Source: Polaribacter sp. (lineage in GTDB: Bacteria; Bacteroidota; Bacteroidia; Flavobacteriales; Flavobacteriaceae). Taken from it: a stretch of DNA of 64,000 nucleotides. The notes beneath the pieces were generated by a model. That model was not told where the DNA came from. It was given only the letters and a program-made list of their open reading frames with translations, and did no database searches. The position numbers and the translations under genes are program-made. This document shows, in pieces, positions 38,714-46,508 of the stretch; position 1 is the first letter of the stretch; each line of letters starts with the position of its first letter. The stretch spans positions 10,236 to 74,235 of the forward strand of contig CBFIGS010000008.1 of the NCBI GenBank assembly GCA_965662295.1. Reading direction: 5' to 3'.

Positions 38714-40633
38714 TTACCAACCTGGATTTTGAATTAAATTAGGATTTCTAGAAAGCTCAGTAAAACTAATAGGTTGAAGATAATCTCTTGGACTATTAAA
38801 AGAGCGTTGACCTATCTCCATAATTTGATAGTAATTCGCCTCTGAATCTTCATCTACAGACCAACCTTTGATAGGGGTCGTAAAGTATTTCTCTGCCAAT
38901 TTCCAACGTCGTATATCATAATATCGATGGCCTTCAAAAGCCAACTCTATCATTCTTTCTTGTTGAATAATTTCTCTTAAGCCATCTTGACTAGTATGTT
39001 TATTTGGAGTAGCAGCATAGGTTGTATTACTCCAAGCCTCTTGAACTGAGGGAATTCCTGCCCGGTCTCTAATTTGGTTTAAAGCATCATAGACTTCTGT
39101 TGAAGGGCCGCTAAATTCATTCAAAGCCTCCGCATACATTAAATACAAATCACTTAAGCGTATCATTGGCCATGGATAGGTAATTGCCTTATTGTAAGCG
39201 TCTCCTTCTGAATCTTGATGTACTAATTTTTTTAGTGCATACCCTGTTACTAAATAATCTCCTGTATTGGCTCTTCTTCCATGGATTTCTCCTTTTCTCA
39301 TCTTCAGCTTCCAAAGATTTCCCCATGTTCTGTTAAGCCCTCTGTCAAAACCAAGAGACGCGTAAAAACGAGGTTCTCTATTTAAATTTAATTTTGCTGT
39401 TCTGTTGGCAAATTGAGCATAAAAACGTTGATTAAAAGCAATGGTCGCTATATCATGCCTTTCCGAATAAGCAAAAGACAAATCTTCATCAATAGGCAAC
39501 CCATTTTTGGTATAATAGGTTTCTGCCATTCTCAGACTAGGTGCTAACCACTGCCATGCGGCCTCTACAGAAGAAGAACTTGGATCTTTCATCATCGCTG
39601 TGGATTGAATTTGCCAATATTGTCCATTGGTTACTGGACTAGAATTCCCCCACAAGAGTTCAGAATTCCATGGATCTGTGATTGAATAACGATTATCATA
39701 TTGAGTTCTAATAAATTCATATTGAGAATTATTTTTATCATAGTCTGGCATTGTTTCTGTAAAATAATACATACTCGCTCCTTGAGCAATCGCAGCATCC
39801 AGCGCTTCTTTGATTGCTTTAGCTGCCAACTCCCATTTTGAACTTTCATAATTTTGATTGAAAAAATGATCTCCATTTGTATTGGTGAAATTTGAATACA
39901 TGGAACTGTTTCCATTAAACAATGGACTTGCACTAAAGAGGAGTACTTTCGCTTTTATAGATTTAGCAATAACCTGATCTATTCTTCCTAAATCATTATT
40001 TCCGAGAACTCTCTCAGGTAAATCTGTAATCGCAGCATCTATTGTCTCCACAATATAGCTGAAACATTCGTCTACTGTTTTTCTCTCCAATCGGACTTCT
40101 TGATCTGAAGCTGCAATTGATAAGTTCACGTCAACAATGGGTATAGGCCCATAATTGCTAACCAATAAAAAATGATAATAGGCTTTTAAAAATTTCACTT
40201 CTGCTTTCCATTGATTTTTCTCTTCTTGAGTCATATCTACAACCAAATCAATATTTTGGATAAGGGTATTTGCACTTCGTATTCCTTCCCACAGAGAACC
40301 TTGTCCTCTTCCTGTTGCAGAAAACCCAGACCAATACCCCAGCAATGGCGATGAAACATTTTGTTGTCCTTTCATTAATTTAATAGCGTTTGGTTCTTTC
40401 GCAACAGGAACTGCTACTTCATCACTTGCCAAAACATAACTGGCATAGGTTCCGTCATTTTGAGGCAAATAACTATAGGTATTCGCCAACGCTTTATAGG
40501 CAGTTTCTTTCCTATTAAAAAGTAAACTTAGCTCTTGTGTTCCATCAGGAACAATGTCTAAATACTCTTCACAACTCGTGAATAGAAAAATACTCCCTAG
40601 TAAAATTGCTATATAACTGTTTTTAAAACTCAT
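38714..40633 (-). CDS. susD: SusD/RagB family glycan-binding lipoprotein
   Basis: Lipobox FTSCEEYLD, KAYYHFLL, REPRFYA, IRLSDLYLMYAEA, ERMIELAFEGHRYYDIRRW, QNPGW. Confidence 0.96.
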   Translation of the reverse strand: MSFKNSYIAILLGSIFLFTSCEEYLDIVPDGTQELSLLFNRKETAYKALANTYSYLPQNDGTYASYVLASDEVAVPVAKEPNAIKLMKGQQNVSSPLLGYWSGFSATGRGQGSLWEGIRSANTLIQNIDLVVDMTQEEKNQWKAEVKFLKAYYHFLLVSNYGPIPIVDVNLSIAASDQEVRLERKTVDECFSYIVETIDAAITDLPERVLGNNDLGRIDQVIAKSIKAKVLLFSASPLFNGNSSMYSNFTNTNGDHFFNQNYESSKWELAAKAIKEALDAAIAQGASMYYFTETMPDYDKNNSQYEFIRTQYDNRYSITDPWNSELLWGNSSPVTNGQYWQIQSTAMMKDPSSSSVEAAWQWLAPSLRMAETYYTKNGLPIDEDLSFAYSERHDIATIAFNQRFYAQFANRTAKLNLNREPRFYASLGFDRGLNRTWGNLWKLKMRKGEIHGRRANTGDYLVTGYALKKLVHQDSEGDAYNKAITYPWPMIRLSDLYLMYAEALNEFSGPSTEVYDALNQIRDRAGIPSVQEAWSNTTYAATPNKHTSQDGLREIIQQERMIELAFEGHRYYDIRRWKLAEKYFTTPIKGWSVDEDSEANYYQIMEIGQRSFNSPRDYLQPISFTELSRNPNLIQNPGW

Positions 40634-40640
40634 CTTTTAA

Positions 40641-43600
40641 TTAAAATTTTATTTGAGCACCAATATTAATCACTCTTTGTAATGGATATCCCAATCCGTT
40701 TCCTGCTAACTCTGGATCCCATAAATCAAACTTTGAAAAATTCAATAGGTTCAGTCCTGTAACATAAATTCTCGTTTTTGAATTTGCAAATACTTTTCCT
40801 GCTGATGCTGGAATTGTATAGCCAAATTCTACATTTTTTAATCTTAAAAAATCACCGTCTCTTAACCACCATGTAGATGTTTTTTGGTTATTTTGTATGG
40901 CTTCAATAGATAATCGAGGCCAAAAAGCATTGGGGTCTGGATTGTTTTCTGACCAATGATTGTTCGCAATGATACTCAATGCATTTCTTTGATTTACAAA
41001 AGGAGAGATATCATTCGGATTTATAAAAAAAGAAGACCTTGCAGAACCCTGCATAAACACAGAAATATCAAAATTTTTGTAAACTGCAGACACTCCAAAA
41101 CCATAGACAATCTCAGGCACATTTGGTTTCCCAATAGGAGCTTGATCCAATTCATTGACCACTCCATCTTGATTGAGGTCTGTATATTTAATATCTCCTG
41201 GTAAATAAGAGTTGGTTGTTGAAAAACCATTAAATTGTTCTGGAGAATTGTCGATATCTTCTTGATCTACAAATAAGCGTTCTGCAATATATCCCCACTG
41301 TTGATTCACGGGATATCCAATTCTACTTAAATTTTTATTTTGAAATTCAGGCTCTCCATTTACCAAAATTTTGTTGGTAGAATAGGTAAAATTACCTCTT
41401 GCAGTAATATAAAAGTCTCCACTAAAAGCGTGATTATAATCTAAAGACACATCTATTCCTTTGGTCTTCACTTCTCCAATATTACTACTTATAGCAGCTG
41501 TTAACCCAGATGTTTCTGGAATGTATTCTCGTTCCATGTAAATGTCTTTACGATGTTCGGTAAAATAATCTGCTTGAATCATTAGCTTATTAAAAAGACC
41601 TAACTCTAAACCAATATTTGATTTGGTAGCAACCTCCCAAGAAACATTTTCATTTCCATATCTATTAATAATATAACCCGTTCTGTAATCATTATAGCTT
41701 TCTCCAAAAGTGTACCCTGTTCCTCCGTTGTTAAGATTAACATTGGATAAATAGAAGAAACGATCACTAGGACTAGAAATTCCATCATTCCCAACCAAAC
41801 CATAGGTATATTTTAATTTCAGTAAATTGATGGAAGGAATATTTTTCTCAAAATAAGTTTCATTTGAAATAATCCAACCCAACCCAACCGAAGGGAAAAA
41901 ACCAAATCGATTCTTTTTAGCAAATTTTTCAGAACCATTATATCCAAAATTAAACTCCCCAAAATAGCGACTGTCATAACTGTAAGAAGCTCTTCCAGAT
42001 ACTCCCATATTTCGTGAAGGCAACGTAGCAAATGTTGAACTTCCTCCAATGGTATTTAAAGCTTCGGTAAAATTTGCCACTAGTAACCCCCCTACATCAT
42101 GTTTTTCGTTAAAATTTCTATTATATTCTGCAACCATTTCATAATAAAAATTACTGTTCCCATAATTATAGGTCGGAGCTGGATTTAGAAATTCTGTTCC
42201 TTCTTGAATAGAGTATAAAGAATTGACAATCCCTGTTGGGGTTTCTATTTCAGCCAATCCATAGTAAAAGGGAGTAAAACTACTTTCATTTTGATTTTCG
42301 GTATATGTTTTTACAGAAGCAAGTGCCCTTATTTTTAGACCTTCAGTGATAAAACTTAAATCTTGACGTAATTGAATCTGTGCCAAAGTTGTATTTGTAA
42401 AGCGATCTTTATATCCTTTTACACTCTCTGCATATGGGTTTGCAAACCCTCCGTTCCCTTTGTTTCCAAACAATGTATGATTGAAGCTAGAGGTGACTTC
42501 ATCGGGCTCATAGGCTTTTGGAAAGTTTGCAGGATTTGCCTGTGCTACTTGATAAAAAATATCTGATGCACTGACAACAGGTCCGTTATATCTTTCAAAT
42601 AAGGAATAAAACTTTACCGCAACTTTGGTTGACTTTGTTAAATTGATATTGACATTTGCTCTTAAATTAGAACGATTGATATCTATATTGTTGTTGAAAT
42701 TATTTATGGGATCAATTTTTAACAAGCCTTTTTCATTAGAATTAGAAACCGATAAATAATATTGAGCGACCTCTCCACCTCCATTTATATTTAGGTTAAT
42801 TCTATTGTTTACAGCATAATCGGTAAATAATTCATCATACCAATCTACATCTGGGTACAAATTAGGATTCAAACCATTTCTTGTTCCTTCTATTTTTTGT
42901 TTGGAATACAATAAATTCGCAGAGGGATCTCTCATTCGTTGCGCTCTATTATAAAGCTCCATGTAATCTACCGCTCCAAGAAAACTATTGATTTTTGAAG
43001 GCGCTGAAAGTGAATTTTCATAACGCACAGATACTTTTGCTTTCCCTTTTTTCCCTTCTTTTGTGGTAACTAGTACCACTCCATTTGCTCCCTTTGCTCC
43101 ATACAAAGAGGTCGCTGTCGCATCTTTCATAATGGAGAAGGTTGCAATATTATCAGGTTCTATACGTGCCAAATCGGAGGCAGAAACTTGCAAACCGTCC
43201 AATAAAATCAACGGACCGTTGTTAAATCCAAAAGTAGTGACCCCTCTAATAAAGAATGCAGCATTATCTTGTCCTGGTTCACCCGATCTTTGATAGGAAA
43301 TCAACCCTGCAATTTTACCTGCCAATGTATTGGTAATATTAGAAGTAGGTTGTTTCAACTCTGATACTTTGAGTGTTGTTATAGATCCTATAACACTGTT
43401 TTTCTTTTGTTTTGAAAATGCAACAACTTGTACTTCATCTAATTGATCAGCGCTTTCTTTTAAAATGAGGTTGATTTTCTTTTGATTCCCCACCTTAATT
43501 TTTTGCGTTTCAAAACCTAAATATTGAAATATTAATGTTGCATTTGGAGTTTTGATATTGATGACATATTGACCATCAAAATCTGTTGAGGCCCCGTTAG

Positions 43601-43757
43601 TTGTTCCTTCTACCAATATTGATACTCCTGGAAGATAATTCCCTGAATCATCTACAATCTCTCCCGAAACAATGACGGTTTGCGAAAACAAAGAAAATGA
43701 GAAAAAGAAAAAAATCACTGGGAATAGCCTAATGAAAATAATTGGAAATTTGTTCAT
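40641..43757 (-). CDS. susC: SusC-like TonB-dependent transporter
   Basis: CarboxypepD_reg N-terminus, LDEVQV, IRGVTTF, KDATATSLYGAKGANGVVLVTT, GDIKYTDLN, C-terminal Phe. Start at ATG 43757 (the track's 43802 lies inside a hairpin). Confidence 0.96.
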   Translation of the reverse strand: MNKFPIIFIRLFPVIFFFFSFSLFSQTVIVSGEIVDDSGNYLPGVSILVEGTTNGASTDFDGQYVINIKTPNATLIFQYLGFETQKIKVGNQKKINLILKESADQLDEVQVVAFSKQKKNSVIGSITTLKVSELKQPTSNITNTLAGKIAGLISYQRSGEPGQDNAAFFIRGVTTFGFNNGPLILLDGLQVSASDLARIEPDNIATFSIMKDATATSLYGAKGANGVVLVTTKEGKKGKAKVSVRYENSLSAPSKINSFLGAVDYMELYNRAQRMRDPSANLLYSKQKIEGTRNGLNPNLYPDVDWYDELFTDYAVNNRINLNINGGGEVAQYYLSVSNSNEKGLLKIDPINNFNNNIDINRSNLRANVNINLTKSTKVAVKFYSLFERYNGPVVSASDIFYQVAQANPANFPKAYEPDEVTSSFNHTLFGNKGNGGFANPYAESVKGYKDRFTNTTLAQIQLRQDLSFITEGLKIRALASVKTYTENQNESSFTPFYYGLAEIETPTGIVNSLYSIQEGTEFLNPAPTYNYGNSNFYYEMVAEYNRNFNEKHDVGGLLVANFTEALNTIGGSSTFATLPSRNMGVSGRASYSYDSRYFGEFNFGYNGSEKFAKKNRFGFFPSVGLGWIISNETYFEKNIPSINLLKLKYTYGLVGNDGISSPSDRFFYLSNVNLNNGGTGYTFGESYNDYRTGYIINRYGNENVSWEVATKSNIGLELGLFNKLMIQADYFTEHRKDIYMEREYIPETSGLTAAISSNIGEVKTKGIDVSLDYNHAFSGDFYITARGNFTYSTNKILVNGEPEFQNKNLSRIGYPVNQQWGYIAERLFVDQEDIDNSPEQFNGFSTTNSYLPGDIKYTDLNQDGVVNELDQAPIGKPNVPEIVYGFGVSAVYKNFDISVFMQGSARSSFFINPNDISPFVNQRNALSIIANNHWSENNPDPNAFWPRLSIEAIQNNQKTSTWWLRDGDFLRLKNVEFGYTIPASAGKVFANSKTRIYVTGLNLLNFSKFDLWDPELAGNGLGYPLQRVINIGAQIKF

Positions 43758-43768
43758 ATGTTGCTTTA

Positions 43769-43807
43769 TAAAAAACGGAATGAAAGAGGGTTTCTCTCTC
43801 ATCCCGT
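43769..43807 (-). terminator. Intra-PUL terminator-like hairpin
   Basis: Minus strand ACGGGATGAGAGAG-aaac-CCTCTTTCATTCCGT-TTTTT, ending about 12 nt before susC ATG. Confidence 0.7.
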
Positions 43808-43827
43808 AAGATATTAAATTTAAAGTT

Positions 43828-46257
43828 TTATTCTTTAATTAACTTTTTATATTGGCCGTTAACTTCTAAAAAGTAAAACCCTGGCTTTAAATTTTTAATC
43901 GATAACTCATTGGTTTCAATTTCTTTTTTTAGCACTTGTTTTGTATTTATGTCAAAAATTCTAATTTGTTTTTTTCCATCTAGATTACTGAAACGAATCA
44001 TGTCGTTTGCTGGATTTGGAAAAAACTGAAACGTTGCTTTTTCAAAATCATTTGTGGATGCAGTTCCTTGTAATTGAGGTCCTTTTACATCATCAATATA
44101 AAAGTCTCCTGTAACATCACCATTACCAGGTCCTATAAAAATAAAAACATGATCAAAGCTTATACCATCAGCTAACTCAGAAGCATCGATATAAACGGTT
44201 TGCCATTGATTTGCTGCTATGATATCTCCATATATCTCAAAATTTGCATTTTGATCTCCATCTCCTTTTGCATCTGCCAGTTTGTACATGAAATTTGTTT
44301 TAACAGAAGAATACACTCTAAAAGAGAAGATGTCATCTTTAGTAGCATCATAAGGAGCATTTAATTGAAAATGTATTCTTTCCCAACCTCCCCAAGAGTT
44401 TCCTTTTTTCCATTTAGCAACCATATTTGTTCCATCTGTAGGGTCTGCAACTGTTGTGAATTCTCCGGCAGGATCTCCCATAGATTCTGAAACTGTTGTT
44501 AAGGAATTTCCGTCAAAATCATTATAGGTTACCATCGACACAGCAGTGGCCGTTGTTGTAAATGTTGCTGAAAGTCCTGTAACCGCAGTATTGGTTTCTT
44601 TATATTCAATAACATCATCTTTAATCCCGTACCAATAAGTGGTATTTACAGCCAAAAGTTCTGAAGGACTTATTGTAATCGAAGAATTATCAGTACTTAA
44701 AGCAGCAGTCATTGCAACAAGTTCTCCTGATGCATCATTCTTTCTTAATTCTACATAACTAGAAACATCTGTTATTGAGCTGTCGTCTAAGTTTCTAAAT
44801 TGGAAATTAGAGGTAATGGTTGGTATTGCAAACTCAGAAACATCGGTGGCACCATCAACTGGAGAATACGTATTTTCAACGGCAGGCGGTACATTACTTT
44901 TTAAATAATCATCAAAATAATATTTGTCTCCAACCGAAGAACCTCCAGTACCATCTTTGTCAAAATAAATTTGAGCTCTGTCATAATTTGTTGCAGTAAT
45001 CGCGCCATAATTAAAAATGACTTCTACCCATTTATTGGTCTCTGTAACTTCAATCATTTGTTCGTGCCCCTGACCCCAGTCAGGATAATTTTGAAGCTTT
45101 ATCGACACTCCTACTGGCTTACTTACCCAAACTTTAACTTTTATAAAAGCTGTTTCAGAAAAATCAAATGGAGTCAGAGGTGTAGCACCATTGACTAAAT
45201 CATTTTCTAAACCAGCAGAGCCCCCGTTATAGGTATACTCACCAACATGATCAGATACATTAATTCCTGACTTATCAGGATTTGCAATTTTAGCAAACCC
45301 AACTCCACCCCATGAAGTAAACGCTAAATCTGCGTTCGTAGTGTCAAAATCAAAGAGCATCTCATTAATGTCTCCGGTCACAGCGGCCTTCGTTGTAAAA
45401 GTTGCTGAAACTCCTGTTACTGGAGCATCTGTTGAATACTCTATGGCACCATCAACAACTCCATACCAATACGTTGTAGAATTGTCTAAATCACTCAATG
45501 GATCAATGGTTATTTTATTTTTATCATTATTAATGGTAGCGGTAATAGCAACATCTGCACCCTCTGCATCCCCTACTTTTAATGCAACTTTAGAAGTTAG
45601 GTCTGTGATCTCAGAATCATCTAAATTTCTAAATTTGCCATTGGAAGTGATTTCTAGGTTTGTAGATACAGTAGCATCGGTTAAACCATTAGCTGGAGAA
45701 TACTGTTGAGCAGGAGATGTATATAATTCTGGCCCTTTGATGTTATCAAAAAAATAGATATCACCTTGAGTAGTATTTGAACCCCCAATTTTAATAACGA
45801 TGTTATTCATAAAGATATTAGAAAATTCACTAAAGTCAAAGGTTAACTCTGTCCATTTATTAATATCAGAAGCCCCTACAGAAGCAGTTACTTCAATGTT
45901 ATTACCCCAATCTGGAGAATTCTCTAAATGAAAAATAACATCAATTTCTTCCGTTGTAAAGACCATCATCTTAAAAACAGCATTTGAGGCTAAATTAAAA
46001 GGTGAAGTAAAAACTGATGTAGGATCTATAACTCCGATTCCGATTCCATTATCACTACCAGCAGTAAATTGACCAACAAAATCAGAATTATTTGTATCAT
46101 CTGAAGCAGGATTTGCCACTTTTGAGAAGGTAGATGAACTGTTCCAACTATTAAAAACAATGTTAGCATTGTTGGTATCAAAATCTATATGAGTGACTTC
46201 TTGAGCACTCACAATACCGATAGTTAATAATAAGATTAAAAGTAGTTTTTGTTTCAT
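43828..46257 (-). CDS. T9SS-secreted, apparently non-catalytic protein: three beta-sandwich (CBM-like) repeats alternating with two Big_5-like Ig domains
   Basis: Signal peptide; repeats xDFD...(Y/F)FD(N/D); YSPxxGxTD...TTYWYG...ATFTT twice; C-terminal FFPNP...GFYFLEV. Confidence 0.7.
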   Translation of the reverse strand: MKQKLLLILLLTIGIVSAQEVTHIDFDTNNANIVFNSWNSSSTFSKVANPASDDTNNSDFVGQFTAGSDNGIGIGVIDPTSVFTSPFNLASNAVFKMMVFTTEEIDVIFHLENSPDWGNNIEVTASVGASDINKWTELTFDFSEFSNIFMNNIVIKIGGSNTTQGDIYFFDNIKGPELYTSPAQQYSPANGLTDATVSTNLEITSNGKFRNLDDSEITDLTSKVALKVGDAEGADVAITATINNDKNKITIDPLSDLDNSTTYWYGVVDGAIEYSTDAPVTGVSATFTTKAAVTGDINEMLFDFDTTNADLAFTSWGGVGFAKIANPDKSGINVSDHVGEYTYNGGSAGLENDLVNGATPLTPFDFSETAFIKVKVWVSKPVGVSIKLQNYPDWGQGHEQMIEVTETNKWVEVIFNYGAITATNYDRAQIYFDKDGTGGSSVGDKYYFDDYLKSNVPPAVENTYSPVDGATDVSEFAIPTITSNFQFRNLDDSSITDVSSYVELRKNDASGELVAMTAALSTDNSSITISPSELLAVNTTYWYGIKDDVIEYKETNTAVTGLSATFTTTATAVSMVTYNDFDGNSLTTVSESMGDPAGEFTTVADPTDGTNMVAKWKKGNSWGGWERIHFQLNAPYDATKDDIFSFRVYSSVKTNFMYKLADAKGDGDQNANFEIYGDIIAANQWQTVYIDASELADGISFDHVFIFIGPGNGDVTGDFYIDDVKGPQLQGTASTNDFEKATFQFFPNPANDMIRFSNLDGKKQIRIFDINTKQVLKKEIETNELSIKNLKPGFYFLEVNGQYKKLIKE

Positions 46258-46348
46258 AATATTATGAATTAGGTTAAAAAAATTAAATCATTTAATATTG
46301 ATATATATTTGATGGTAAAAATTAACTTATTAGCTATGAAACCATCCT

Positions 46349-46381
46349 CAAAATTAAATGTATGTTTGTTTGCGAAACAAA
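46349..46381 (-). promoter_or_regulatory. PUL operon promoter
   Basis: -33 TTTG (46378-46381), 21-nt spacer, -7 TAATTTTG (46349-46356). Confidence 0.6.
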
Positions 46382-46416
46382 ATTGAAGTAAAATTACCTT
46401 ACTGACAATTCTTAAG

Positions 46417-46459
46417 CCTCTACAAAATTTAATACAACTAAAATACCACCTCTACAAAA
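46417..46459. repeat. 11-bp direct repeat CCTCTACAAAA x2, putative activator site
   Basis: Exact copies at 46417-46427 and 46449-46459 (32-bp period), just upstream of the PUL -33 box. Confidence 0.65.
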
Positions 46460-46508
46460 ACTTTGTTAATATTATTAACTTGCTGATTTTCAGTAGTTAA
46501 AAATTTGA

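Noticed and set aside
46435-46441. CAACTAA half-site in the PUL promoter region (also at 9907-9913 in the porin 5' UTR)
   Set aside because: No second arm and not positioned next to a -7 box as in the accessory promoters; not counted in the HxlR motif.
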